From the human T2T-CHM13v2.0 reference genome, Homo sapiens: 64,000 nt of DNA. Each line of letters opens with the position of its first letter. Positions within the stretch are counted from its first letter, which is position 1. A model generated the notes under the pieces. It saw only the letters and a list, made by a program, of their open reading frames with translations. It had not been told where the DNA came from and did not search any database. Shown in pieces: positions 14,991 through 50,536 of this stretch. The stretch lies in the NCBI RefSeq assembly GCF_009914755.1, contig NC_060927.1; one strand, given 5' to 3'. A program made the position numbers and the translations under genes.

Positions 14991-15737
14991 AAAAGCCAGA
15001 TGATTGAGTTCCTTAGGTGCTGATTGGTTGCCTTTAAAGATTTTTCTTTGGTTGGAATCTGTTTTGTGGGATTTTTGTCAGTTGTGTTAGCCAATTTTTG
15101 GATGACCATCTTAAAAGCTTTCATGATGCTGAATAAAGCAATGAAAATTCAAATTTTTTTGTGCTGAAAAATATCAAAGTACTCCAACACACTGTTTTTG
15201 GTTTTGGATAAACATAAATTTACCACCTTGGCTGCCTGCATACCTATTTTTACATATTTGTAATCATTGTATAAATATAATTTGTATTCTTTTTTCTCAA
15301 CATTTTTTCTCCATGTGCTTCTGCGTTGTCTTCACTGTTATCTTTAATGACTGTATTCTGGTCTAATGACTCTCAATTTTGGTGTCCTAAGGAGTGGGGC
15401 ATTCAGTTAAGAGAAGTAGTAAAATTTGTTTTGTTTTTTCTTTTTTGTCCTGCTTACCTTTTTTTTTTTTTGACAAGAGAAAACCACAGATGAATATTTA
15501 TGCAAACACAGGCTAAGAAAATCATTTTTTTAAATATAAAAGAAAGAAATTATGTTAGAGAATGTTGATGAATATGACCATATAAAATTTATGGTTACAA
15601 AGATGAGTTGAATTGACCAATTTGCTTCTCGGAAAATATGAAAATTTGAATGCTTCTTGAAGGCACTAGAAGAAGGTCTGTTCTATGATCTATTTTTTCA
15701 AGTGATCAAGTGAATTCCCAGGATAAAAGGGATATAG

Positions 15738-21880
<6,143 letters not shown>

Positions 21881-21984
21881 TAAAAGGCCCTGCTTGCCTT
21901 TTTAACTCTTTTTGTTTGTTTTTGTTTGTTTGTTTTTCCTAGAAGCATAGACTCAAGTTGCCCTGAATATACTCCCAACGTTTT

Positions 21985-22662
<678 letters not shown>

Positions 22663-22861
22663 TAAAAAATACAGTTTTTCTCCATTCTCTGTCCCATTCC
22701 TCAGGGATAATCATCCTTCCAAATTTTTTCTGTTCATATACGAGCTGTAATTGTGTGCAAGTACAGGTATACTCTTATGCCTACACATATGTATGTTTAT
22801 ATATTGTTTTTACAAAAGCAGAATCTTAACTATGATTATGGGTGGTGGTGGTGTTGTTTAA

Positions 22862-23006
22862 AGAGACAGGGTCTCACTGTGTCACCAGGCTGGAGTGCAG
22901 TGTCACAATCATAGCTCACTGTTGCCTCCACCTCCTGGGCTCAATGATCCTCCCTCCTCAGCCTCCCAAAGCAGTGGGATTATAGGCATGAGCCTTCATG
23001 CCCAGC
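22862..23006 (-). mobile_element. Alu monomer (FLAM/FRAM-like)
   Basis: Single Alu arm, gagacagggtctc...gggattataggcatgagcc. Confidence 0.75.
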
Positions 23007-23087
23007 CTGATTATCCTTTTGCAGGCTGCTGATTTTTCCACTTCATGTCAGGAATGTCTTTTCTCTGTCAAAAAATAGAGTATGGCT

Positions 23088-23417
23088 CAGCAGTCCCTAA
23101 CCTTTTTGGCACCAGGGACTGGTTTCGTGGAAGACAGTTTTTCCACAGACCGTCTCGGGGCCTGATTTCAGGATGAAACTGTTCAACCTTAGATCATCAG
23201 GCACTACTTAGATTCTCATAAGGAACGTGCAGCCTAGATCCTGCGCATGTGCAGTTCACAATAGGGTTCGCGCTCCCGTGAGAATCTAATGCAGCCGCTA
23301 ATCTGACAGGAGGCGGATCTCAGTGGTAATGACCACTTGACCACCCCTCACCTCCTGCTGTGCAGCTTGGTTCCTAGCAGACCACGGACTCCATGGTCCA
23401 GGAGTTGGGGACCCCTA
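23088..23417 (+). mobile_element. MER1B hAT-Charlie DNA transposon
   Basis: Terminal inverted repeats cagcagtccctaacc / gagttggggacccct; degenerate 8-bp TSD gtatggct / gtctagct. Confidence 0.85.
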
Positions 23418-23462
23418 GTCTAGCTTATTCTTTTTTTTTTTTAATTTTGTAATTAAAAAGTC

Positions 23463-23753
<291 letters not shown>

Positions 23754-24209
23754 CCTGGCTTATCCTTTTTGATGACTATAATATTTCAAAAATTAAAATT
23801 ACTCCATCATAATTTACTGAACCCTTTCCAGATTGATGGGCATTTATAGTCTTTCCAACTTTTCACAAAGTAATTTTCCTAGTAATAGTGAAAATACATA
23901 CTGGAGTTGGCAAGTGATTGAATCTTTTAATAAATGTGAAGATGTTCAAAGTTACTTCTGTAGTAGTATCACTTTCATGTATATTGCAATGTATTCTTAA
24001 GAGATACCAGTGGCTAATAGTTGTGGCACTTTATTTCTCTGAAAAAAATTTCTGGGTTTTGTGAAAAGTGTAGATAAGCCTAAGGGAGTATGTGGAACGA
24101 ATGAGTATCATCCATTCTGTGTTTTAATCGGGAAAAGCTGCTGTTTCATTGTAGCAAATGTACTGATTGGTTAACTGTTTTTCTATTATTGCATATTTAT
24201 TGACAATAG

Positions 24210-24374
<165 letters not shown>

Positions 24375-25541
24375 TAATCTAAAAAGGAAAGCTTTACAGC
24401 TCCCATGTAAAATTTCATCTTATTTCAGTCCATTGTTCAAACCCATTGAGATTTTCGAATTTTATTTTTGCATTATTTTAATTGTCTATCTCAATGCAGT
24501 TTGCAACTTTGACAAACTGACCTTCCATATCCTATTCTAAGTAGCTTATAAAAACCTTGAGGGGAATAGGACCAACCTGTAGAAACCAGTATAAACATAA
24601 ATATGAACCTATTTGAACTATCACTCTTTGGCCATTCAAAACTGTGGACTTTAGGTGATAATTCCTCTGGAAATGTAAGTTATTCAAACTCGAATTTTAT
24701 AAGCTGGGAATAGTGTTTTGCTGGCTGAATGTTCAGGATATTAACAGTATAGAACTTAGAAAACTGGATGGGCCAGTGATTTGGGTTTGGGTTTGGGTTA
24801 GGAGCTAATGAGAATACCTTGTTGGGTCTTAAATTTTATATTTAGGAATAGATTTAATATTGGTATTATTTTACCTTACAGTTCTTTCTGTGTTTATTTC
24901 TACCAATGATATATGTTTTGGGCTGTAATTTTCTAGAGGGCAGAAACCACATGTAATTTTTCATTGCATTTTCCCCAGTAAAGCATTATACCCAGCTTAG
25001 TACTAAATATAAGATTTTTTAAAATTATGGCATCAATAAGGAAGCTATGTTTATTAACTAGTTATTTACTCTGGGTCCATTAATGTCTATGTATATTGCA
25101 TTATTGGTAGAGCGTGATCACTTCTCTTCTTGATCTTCTTTTTAAAAAATCAGTTTAGTTAGCATCGAACCTCATAGATCTATTTCAAATTATAACCAAA
25201 GTGGAGCATCCCTGGGGGGTAGTGTGATTGCGTGAGGAAACTGGGATTTAGAAGGTCTGGCCTCCAATCCCAAATTGAGCAGATAGGAACATAGTATTAG
25301 GCTTATAATTTAACTTCTTTGAACTTAAAGGTCAATTAATATCCAAATGTGGACTCCCACTGATCCTGAGAAAAAACTCAGAATGGTGAAGGATTATTCT
25401 GTGTAAAACAAAGATTAAGATTTCTTAAGTTAAAATGAGAGTTGGGGAGGAGAGGTCTGACATTCCAAAAGGATAAGCAACTCTTAGGTTGTGTACTGTT
25501 TCCTACAGCTTCTTTTCTCTCTCTACTCTTCCCCACTCAAG

Positions 25542-25676
25542 GTTCTTAAGGATATGTGTTCATCCATTCTGTCGCTGGCTCAGAGTTTGCTTCACTCTCT
25601 AGACCAGAGTATAATTTCATTTGGCAGTCTCCTATACAAATATGCATTTAAGTTTTTTGACACATACTGCCAGCAG
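25542..25676 (+). pseudogene. FANCD2P2: FANCD2-like exon 16
   Basis: 135 nt, [14 protein letters not shown]...DTYCQQ, AG/GT intact, open. Confidence 0.95.
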
Positions 25677-25920
25677 GTGTGTTGAAACACTTATTTTGGC
25701 AAGGAGGGAACAGGGGAAGGGAAAATAATCTGATGTTTATTTCTTGTTGGTTGGACCTTACTGAAGGGAAAGGATCTCTGAACTGGGTCTCAGGAAAGCT
25801 CAATTCTAGTCCCAGCCTTGATGAAATGAAGAGACTTGACTGGTGGATCTAACTCTGTGTTCTGAACTCTAAAATTCTGTCTGAAATTAAGATCCAGATC
25901 CAGTTGATGTCAAAACATGA

Positions 25921-26306
<386 letters not shown>

Positions 26307-27005
26307 TAAAGAACAGTGTCTTATTTTGTATTTTTACATATATTCTTCCTCTTATTAACAATGTTAAAACGCATTTGAATGGAACTTTTAAAATGAAGAT
26401 TTGTAAAAAATTTTTTTTTTAATTTAAAGTAGAGCAATAGTTGCAGCTGACATGAGGTAGCTGTTGCAGTTGAAAATGTAATTCTGTTATGACTTATGGA
26501 GTGATGGTATAAAGGGAGAATGGCATCTAAGACATTTCTGGACCCTCTTAATGTCTTAGAGACACTGTCATGATCCATGTTTGCTTGGAAACATGCAAGT
26601 CTAGCCTGTACTATATAGAGAAAAGCTTTAAAGCTTTTAGCTCCTTGAGTGCCATCTTTTTGAGAAATTTCAACTGATCTTGTACAACCTCAACTTAAAG
26701 GGTAAAATTTAACCCATATGGGAAAAAGAAAGAGGAAAACTACGCCCAGGAGCAAAATCAGGAGGGCTCAGGTAGAGCTCACTGATAAAATATGGGAAAT
26801 AGGTCAAGACGGGATGGTCAAGTTACACTGGCATATTCCTAAATCTCCTGAAGCCAACATTAATGAAAACTAGATAATAGATGATGGGATTGGGTTGATT
26901 GTGATTTTAACAAAGTAGAGATTGGAGAGGCCTTGGGGGTGAATCCCTTTAGAATGGCCATCCATATTTTGTTTTACACTGTCCTGTTGACTCTCCCCTG
27001 TATAG

Positions 27006-27161
<156 letters not shown>

Positions 27162-27254
27162 TAGATATTGAATACTATAATTGGTGGGAGGTGGTGGGAC
27201 GGAGGTGAAATGATGGGCAAGTAATATAAATAAAAAGTGACTATTCTATCTATG

Positions 27255-28700
27255 TGTTAATTGATTCAGCAAACATTTCTTTATATCTAACCCACAGACT
27301 AAGCTCTATTCTGGGTGCTGTGAATGTAAAGTAGGTCCTTGCCTTTGATGTTAAAGACGAAGACACATAAGCAAGTCACTATAAATACAACATGGTGAAT
27401 TCTCTGGTAAAGTACTATAGATGCAACAGAGCAAGAATAATTAAAGTTAGCCTGGGAAGCTGGAGAGTTCTTCAAAGAGGTGATTTGAGTGATTGCTGAA
27501 GGATGGGAATGACTGACAAGAGAAAGTATGGGAAGTGCGTTCTAGGCAGAGAAGAGTTTGAGCAGAAGCAAACTGGTGCCCAAGTCAGTGGTGTGACTGA
27601 GGAATGAGAAGCAAACAAGCATGACTGGAGAATAGGATATATATGGAGAGGAGTGATGGGAGGCAAGGCTGGTAAGACATAGGACAGGCCCGTGTTGCAA
27701 AGAGTTTCAAATAACATGCTAAAGAGTTTCAATTTTATTTTCTAGACAATAGGGAGCTATTAGCAGTTTTTACATAGAGTTGACCTAATCTACTCAGCGT
27801 TGAGAGATAACTCAGTAGGCTATATGATGGGTGGATTGGAGACCACTGAAATGGTCTAAGGGAGTGAGAGTAAGGGCCAGATTTTGGTCACAGGAATGTA
27901 GAAGAAATGATGGTTTAAGAGACAATTTGGTGTTAGAATTAACATGACTTGGTGACTGTTAATATGTGGCAGTGAGAAACAGAAAAACTAGGTCCGAGTT
28001 TTTTCATCTTAGGAAACTAGATAAATAGTCGTGCCATTTTCTGAGACCAGGAGGGGCGTGCATCTTCTGTAGGAAGTATGATGAGTTCACTATGGGATAG
28101 CCACGTGTAGGTGGTTAGTGGATAGTTGGAAATTCTGGTTTGGAACCCTGTGGGGCACCCTTTGGTGGAAGATTTAGTTTGGGTGTTCAGAACCGTATAA
28201 ATGTGAGCTCAACTGAGGCAATTTTGAGGCAGAAGACCGTAGAAGCTTAGAAGAGCACAGACATTTTGAGACAGTTAAAGTTTAAGTGGCAGACGGAAGC
28301 AAATGTCCGCAGAAGGAAAATGAGAAAACTAGAAGATGAATAATGTGAGCTTGAAGGATGTCAGGTAGCAAAAGCCCAGGAATGAGTTTCAAGAGTGAGG
28401 GATTTATCTCCAGTGATGGATACTGTAGAGGTTGAAGATGGAGCAGAGGCTATTGGCTTTGGCAATTAGGATACCCCTGGTAACCTCTGAGAGAACAATG
28501 TTAATTGAATTATAAGGGTGGAAGCCAGAGAGCAGTAACTTGAAGACTTGGGGAATACAGTCAATGTCAAGAAGCATCAAGGAGGAGAGAATAAGAAAAG
28601 TAGCTTGAGAGAGAAGCTGGTTGCGAGGGAGATATTTTTTAGATGAGGAGGTTTGAGATTGCTTGTAGGCTGACAGAAAGGATTCAATAGAGAGGCAGAA
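27255..28700 (-). mobile_element. L2 LINE remnant
   Basis: Begins attcagcaaacatt (L2 3' end, reversed), followed by typical purine-rich L2 motifs (ggtgactgtt, gagttcactatggga, ttggcaattagg). Confidence 0.6.
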
Positions 28701-29351
28701 ATGGAAAATTTTAAAAATTGTTAGAAGTTTACAAAGCTGTTTTACTACTTTATCCTCAGACAAACCATGAAAGGTAGTATAGCTATTATTATCGCCCTGT
28801 TACAGACGAGAAAAGCTGAGACATTTCCCAAGGTCACAAAGTAAATAGTTTCCTTGTGACTCCTTCCAGATCTGTAGAGAAAGGAGAAATAATTTATGGA
28901 GTAGAAGCTGGGGAGGGATGATACGGCAAGGAATAGTAAAGACATAACTTTTTATAGCATATTGTTTTCACTGAAAAAAAGGGAAAGGTGGAGGTAAAGA
29001 ATACGGAGAACTGGGAGGTGCATTAGAATGACTAAGCAGTAGATGATTAAAGCCCAGGATTGTGGTTCAGAGTGAAGAGGATAAAGAAAACTTTATCTTT
29101 CCTGATAGTTAGTTCCTAGTCGCTGTTAATAAGACATTTAGAAAGTTGTAAGAGTTTTCTCAGTTTATATCCAGCCTATCAAACCTCTGGGCTCTGAGCA
29201 TAGCTTTTGGAACTTAAGCTTTTAAGAGAGCTAAAAAGTTTAGATACCTGGCTATCTATGTATGCCTCTCTTACAGGGATTTTAATTTTTTGATTTTTAA
29301 GGGAAAAAATGTTAGCTGCCAGCCTCACTGTTGGCATCATTTTTTCTGCAG

Positions 29352-29462
29352 GGCATTTTAGATTATCTGGATAATATATCCCCTCAGCAAATACGAAAAC
29401 TCTTCAATGTTCTCAGCACACTGGCATTTAGTAAACAGAATGAAGCCAGCAGCCACATCCAG
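29352..29462 (+). pseudogene. FANCD2P2: FANCD2-like exon 18
   Basis: 111 nt, [41 protein letters not shown] intact. Confidence 0.95.
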
Positions 29463-29487
29463 GTAAGAGGCAATATGTTGGGAAAGA

Positions 29488-29975
29488 TTTTTTTTTTTTT
29501 TTTTTGATGGAATCTCCCTCTGTTGCCCAGGCTAGAGTGCAGTGCATGATCTCGGCTCACTGCAACCTCCATCTCCTGGGTTGACACAATTGTCTTGCCT
29601 CAGCCTCCCGAGTAGCTGGGACTACAGGCGTGCGCCACCACACCCAGCTAATTATTTTGTATTTTTAGTAGAGAAGGGGTTTCACCATGTTAGCCAGGAT
29701 GGTCTCGATCTCCTGATCTCGGGATCCGCCCACCTTGGCCTCTCAAAGTGTTGGGATTACAGACGTGAGCCACTGAGCCTGGCCTTTTTTTTTTTTTTTT
29801 TTTTTTTTTTTGTGACACGGAGTCTAGCTCTGTCACCCACACTGGAGTGCAGTGGCATGATCTCAGCTCCTGGGTTCAAGCAATTCTCCTGCCTCAGCCT
29901 CCCAAGTAGCTGGGACTACAGGCACATGCCGCTGCACCTAGCTAATTTTAGTATTTTTAGTGTTTTGTATTTTTA
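29488..29975 (-). mobile_element. Full Alu (about 29488-29783) plus an adjacent partial Alu
   Basis: Two poly(T)-led Alu segments; the second lacks its left arm. Confidence 0.88.
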
Positions 29976-30326
29976 AACCTCTTTACTTGAAATTTGCTGG
30001 AAAAAAATAAGCAAATGATAGATTTGCTAGTGTGTATTAGTGGAAATGGAGTACACAGCCATAGTTCCAGCATTTTTTAAATTCTTACCACAAACATTAA
30101 GTGCCTATTCTGTGCCAGGCACTGATATATTAGACCCTCTGCCCTCAAAAAGCTTTGTCTATTAGGGTAGAGATGGGTCTGGGATCAGCTAACCATGAAA
30201 CTGTTCAGGTTCTGAGTGCAGTGGGGACACAGAATTGCCTTGTTTTCTAAGAAACATCTCCATCTAATGTGAACTTCACATGGGCTTGTTTTTGGTTTGT
30301 GGACACCATTCGCTGAAAAAGCCAGG

Positions 30327-30590
30327 CTGTAATCCCAGCACTTTGGGAGGCCAAGGCAGGCGAATCACATGTGCCAGGAGTTTGAGACCAACCTGGGCAC
30401 CATGGTGAAACCCTGTCTCTACAAAAACATACAAAAATTAGCCAGGTGTGGTGGCACACACCTGTAATCCTAGCTACTCAGGAGGCGGAGGTGGGAGGAT
30501 CCATTGAGCCCAGGGAGTTGAGGCTACAGTGAGCCATGATTGTGCCACTGCTCTCCAGCCTGGGCAACAGAATGAGACTCTATCTCAAAA

Positions 30591-30641
<51 letters not shown>

Positions 30642-30646
30642 AATAA
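30327..30646 (+). mobile_element. Alu (AluJ) with (AAAT)n tail
   Basis: ctgtaatcccagcactttggg...; about 13 AAAT units at 30588-30642. Confidence 0.9.
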
Positions 30647-31099
30647 AACAAAAGGAAGAGATTAGATTGGAATCATAACTTTAACTCGTTTGTATCTTTA
30701 GTGCTACCTTATGGCAGTAATTCATACTGGACTGTGACTTTGAACAACCAGCATATTTTTTTATCTCCCCTCCCACCCCTTTCTTGGATCCCCAATCAAC
30801 ACATTTTTTTAATTAAAAAATTTTTGGACTAGGTAATATACATGTGTCATACAAAATTCAAAACATATAGAAGGGTATCCAGTGAAAAATAACTCTCACT
30901 TCTTCTCAGTCCTCTAGGCACCTGGTTTGTCTCCTACAGGGGCAATCACTTTATAAGCTTCTGAGATGTTCTGAGAATTTACAAATTTGTATTTACCTGT
31001 AGTTTCCTTTCCCCTCTTGTTCTACATCTTACCTTCTGCATTTAGCAGTTTATTTGGGAGATTGCTTCTAATCAGTAATATAAAGCTACTTCATTATTT

Positions 31100-35540
<4,441 letters not shown>

Positions 35541-35545
<5 letters not shown>

Positions 35546-35870
35546 TTTTATTTTATTTTATTTTATTTTATTTTATTTTATTTTATTTCGAGACAGTGTC
35601 TGGCTCTGTCACCCAGGCTAGAGTACAGTGATGGGATCTTGGCTCACTGTATTCTTGACTTCCCAGGCTCAGGTGATCCTCTCACCCCAGCCTTCCACGT
35701 AGCCGGGACCACAGGCATGCACAACCACAGCTGGCTAATTTTTGTATTTTCTATAGAGATGAGGTTTTGCCATGTTACCCAGGCTGGTCTTGAACTCCTG
35801 GGTTCAAGCAATCTACCCGCCTCAGCCTCCCAAAGTGTTAGGGTGACAGGCATGAGCCACCACGGTTAGC
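35541..35870 (-). mobile_element. Alu (AluJ) with (ATTTT)n tail
   Basis: Pentamer tail at 35545-35588, then a dimer. Confidence 0.88.
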
Positions 35871-36040
35871 CTTGCCTCCATGTTTAAATCTGTACCTAAG
35901 TATTTTATTCTAATTCATTATTTTAGCTGAGCAGTCATCAACATTATGATAATTTTCATATCCTTATAGAAATAATAACAATTAAAGCTATTATTATTGA
36001 ATGTCTATCATGTGCCAGGCACTGTTCTAGAAGTTTTTTA

Positions 36041-36529
<489 letters not shown>

Positions 36530-36559
36530 TTACCATCTTTCTTCATTATCTCATTGCAG

Positions 36560-36669
36560 GATGACATGCACTTGGTGATAAGAAAGCAGCTCTCTAGCAC
36601 CATATTCAAGTACAAACTCATTGGGATTTTTGGTGCTGTCACCATGGCTGGCATCATGGTGGCAGACAG
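36560..36669 (+). pseudogene. FANCD2P2: FANCD2-like exon 19, containing the K561-equivalent codon (36584-36586)
   Basis: 110 nt, [40 protein letters not shown] intact. Confidence 0.96.
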
Positions 36670-36788
36670 GTACACATGGAGATTCTGACTTCTGTGGTTT
36701 AAGATCAGTTAATCTTGCCAACTAACAGTGTTACATCGCATAGACATCATTTTAACAGTAGACGTCACAACTGTAAGAGAAATGAGCA

Positions 36789-37118
<330 letters not shown>

Positions 37119-37270
37119 CTAATCTGTATTTTGTATGGACAAAATAAATACTCTTCTCTGCCTTCATGTACCTTTATCTTTACCCTACCCTAGGGAAGTC
37201 AGAATTCTTAAACTTATTGGAAATTGTTACAAAATATTACAAAAGTGAAATTAAAATTCTTTGTTTTTAG

Positions 37271-37331
37271 AAGTGGATCATCTAGTTTGACCCAAGAGGT
37301 AGCCAACCTGAGTGATGAGCAGTGCACACAT
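37271..37331 (+). pseudogene. FANCD2P2: FANCD2-like exon 20
   Basis: 61 nt, SGSSSLTQEVANLSDEQCTH; donor CAT|GTGAGT (last exonic base is not G). Confidence 0.9.
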
Positions 37332-37339
37332 GTGAGTTC

Positions 37340-38360
<1,021 letters not shown>

Positions 38361-38532
38361 GCTAGTTGAGAGAGAAAACAGAGAGCCTTGCATGTAAAGC
38401 AATACATTTTTATTTCATTCTTTAGGCAGAGGTATTCCTTAAGGGTTTCTTAGCATGGAAATGGCAAAATCGAAGCTTTACTTTAGAAAAATTAATCTGG
38501 CTGCAGTGTCTGGCAGATTGGAAAAGGGATGA

Positions 38533-38838
<306 letters not shown>

Positions 38839-38981
38839 TAAAGCAATAAAGCATGAGAGCTGCTTTACTACACTCTTCAAGTCTTCTGTTGCAGTGTGAA
38901 AATAGATCATCCTGTGACCTCTCCTAAATTCTAACTGGGAAAGGCTTTTCTGCCCTACCCTGCCTCACGGCTCTTCTCTGA

Positions 38982-39335
<354 letters not shown>

Positions 39336-39633
39336 TAGGTATTGTTTACCTGCTGGCTTGGTTGTACTGGTGAAGTTACATCAATTCTGTCAGTAGCTGA
39401 TACAAACTTCAGAATACCCTTCACCTCAGCCACAGCTGCCCAGTCCCACAGCTTCTTTCCTCCCAACCCCAGCACCCCTGCACCCTTAGCTCCAAAATTC
39501 CTAAAAGGTTCACTGTTTGTTCTTCTAATTTCTCCCCATGATGTTGTGTTTGAAATTGGTTTGCTTTAGTGGATTTCCCTGTAGCCCTGCGTATTCCTGA
39601 GCTGCAGCATCAGATTCTGGTTTTTCTCTGCAG

Positions 39634-39780
39634 TGACTTTCCATTTCCTGTGAAAGCACTGTACGGACTGGAAGAATACGACACTCAGGATGGGATTGCC
39701 ATAAACCTCCTGCCGCTGCTGTTTTCTCAGGACTTTGCAAAAGATGGGGGTCCGGTGACCTCACAGGAATCAGGCCAAAA
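39634..39780 (+). pseudogene. FANCD2P2: FANCD2-like exon 23 (T691 and S717 S/TQ sites retained)
   Basis: 147 nt, [52 protein letters not shown] intact. Confidence 0.96.
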
Positions 39781-40197
39781 GTCAGTATAGTTTTTCTTTT
39801 CTAAACCTGTTAGTGTTTTGAATGTTCACGGGGAATTCCACAGTTCTTGGTGGGGAAGTTGAGTCAAAAAAGTTTCTCTCGGGACAAACGGTATTTGGAG
39901 AGGTTAGGGAGAATGGGGCAGATTCCTTGTTTTTTCTTGGATCCTTGGCTTGAGATTTATATTGCCTTGTGTGAGCCAACAGATATTCTAAGACTACTTT
40001 CTCTTCTGTTCCTTATTTTTTCCCTCCCTTGAACATCCTTTGCTACCTCTGTGTCTCTTACCTTCTCTTTCTATCTTATTTCTGGTTCTCCTAACATGTG
40101 GACTTTCACTCCTGATACCTCTGCCTTCCTACAATTCAGCTCATTATATTTATTTTCTTAATGGAGCATCCATTGAGTTCCTTGCCATTTTTTCTTA

Positions 40198-40708
<511 letters not shown>

Positions 40709-41069
40709 TGAAGTCATCAGATCCTTTCTTCTTTATACTCTTCCTTTGGTAAACTTAGGGAAAGGGCAGATCAGTACATGGTATATGTGGGGAGGAATTT
40801 TCTAACTTCAGCAGAATAGTTTATCATTGGAATTCCAAAGACAAAATAGTACAAACAGAATCCCATTATGTTAACAAATCAATTGTTGCAAAAACTTTCT
40901 AATTATATTTGTTGATTGCTATATGATATGCAAATATTTTAATCAGATCTTGGCCTTCAAATATGAGTTAAAGGGGAAAGTAAGTAGCAAGGAGAGCTAG
41001 CTCCAGAGGAAACCTCCAGGTTTTATTGGCTTGCACTAAAGGTAGTTGGAAATGTTTGTTCTCTCTCAG

Positions 41070-41185
41070 ATTGTCCTATATTCCTAACTGACCTGGAGCC
41101 TGGAGAGAGGTTGGAGTCCATGTCTGCTAAAGAGCGTTCATTCATGTGTTCTCTCATATTTCTTATTCTCAGCTGGTTCCGAGAG
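41070..41185 (+). pseudogene. FANCD2P2: FANCD2-like exon 25
   Basis: 116 nt, [42 protein letters not shown] intact. Confidence 0.95.
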
Positions 41186-41939
41186 GTGAGCAGAGTTAAT
41201 AGGATATTTCACTTATTGTGCATAGTTTTTCTCAAAACTATTTTCTTAGTTCCCAGAAGACTCCCTAGAAGTCCTCACCAAGCACTAACCCCCGTGTGCT
41301 TCTCTAGCTGTTATGTCCCACCACTCCCCAGTTATATGAACCTCCGTAGGTAGCCAAATGAGAATACTTAGAATTCACTTCACATTGCCCATGCTTTATT
41401 TTCTCCAAGCTGCCTTCTGCCTAGAATGACCTTCTCACCTTCTTCACTGTGGAACTACTGTTCGTCCTGGCACAGGCATATGCCTACTGTCTTGATTCAG
41501 TGAGTGGTGGTAGTTTCCCTCCCATTAGAATGTATTTGTGTTTGGTGATAATGACAATGATGGCAACATCTTATATCTCTACCTCACTGTCTTCCTCTCA
41601 CATATTATTTCAGGAATGTTTGTGCACTTGAATGAGCTTATTTGATTACCACATCTCTATTATGATGTGGGCAGGATAGGGATTGTCCTCATTTTACACA
41701 TACTGAATTTCAAGTACAGGGAGTTCAAAGTCAATAAAAAAACTTTAAGTACTTACACTGTACCAAGTGCTGGACTCATTTCTTTATGTAGAAATACTTA
41801 GAAAGATTAAAGACTCAGCCAAGGTCACACAGTAAGTAGCAGTATAGAACTTGTTTCACCAAAGTATGTGCTCTCTGGCTATTCCGCCTTGTAACATAAC
41901 TAGTAATAAGCAAAACTAGGATCAAAAGTCAAATCTCCT

Positions 41940-42313
<374 letters not shown>

Positions 42314-42400
42314 TAGACTAAACTTAAAGATCCTGCTGTTCATAGACATCTCTCAGCTCTGGATAAATAATACAAACAAGGTTAAAATCTGAACATTTGA

Positions 42401-42562
<162 letters not shown>

Positions 42563-42606
42563 TAGTCCTACTAGGACAGTAGTGAGGTGATAAAGCACTC
42601 AGCTTT

Positions 42607-46602
<3,996 letters not shown>

Positions 46603-46744
46603 CGACTTGAATATGTCTTATAAGCATTCAGCCACACGTGGTAATTTTGGAAACCAGTTTTTAGCCAATTGAGTGATTGAATTTCAAGTCTAATGGTGGT
46701 GTGTAATTGGTACACATTGAGCTTCAGCCTGCTGTTTGTTTCAG

Positions 46745-46855
46745 TCGCCCCAGACTATGTCCCTCCTCTTGGAAACTTCGATGTGGAAACTTTAGATATA
46801 ACACTTCATACTGTTACTGCTATTTCAGCAAAAATCAGAAAGAGAGGAAAAATAA
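46745..46855 (+). pseudogene. FANCD2P2: FANCD2-like exon 27, donor altered (ATAA|GCAAGT)
   Basis: 111 nt, [36 protein letters not shown]. Confidence 0.93.
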
Positions 46856-47068
46856 GCAAGTATGTTATTTTCCTCTTGTCTTCTGTCTCCAAATGAACTG
46901 CATTGAATTAACCTAAAAGTTATGTGTATCATGGCATCAGTAATTGGAGCAATTGTATAACTGAACCCTTTCTTTATTAGATTTATAAATACACTGTAAT
47001 TTAGGGTTATAAAATTACCTCTTCTACTGCTAAGCAGTTTCCAACAGGTTGTTTTCTGAGGGCAATGA

Positions 47069-47359
<291 letters not shown>

Positions 47360-47907
47360 TAGGCCTTGGAGTAATCTCCTTAGTAGCAAAGTTCAGATTA
47401 GACTTCAGGTCCTTATTCCTGCCACACACTGTTGACTGTTTTTTCTAATTATTTTCTTGACTATTTTACTCCCTTTTTTGTATCCCAGCAGTACATTGAA
47501 TTCTCTCTTGAGGTACTTGATTATCAGTAGTTCCCTTTTACTTTACATTTGTACTGTTCGCAGAATGAGTTTCATGTGTTTGAAATTGCCTGGACCACAT
47601 GGATCCCAATTATTTCTGTTGATCAGCCACCATTTATTGTATATTTATTAGGTATAGTTTCTGTAAGAGCCCAAGTTTCATATTAATACTACATTTAATA
47701 AAGGAGGAAACTAAGACCCAGGGAGGGCAAGTGACTTGCCCAAAGTCACACAGTTAATAAATGCTGGAGCTGGGGTTTGAAGCCAGATCATTCTGGCCCC
47801 TAAGCTCATAGTTTTCTATACTAGACGTTAATGCCTTGATTTGCCTAATAGATCATCCCTAAATAGAAACCAGCTAAGGGTCTTGATGTGTGACTTGTAT
47901 CCCCATC

Positions 47908-50536
<2,629 letters not shown>
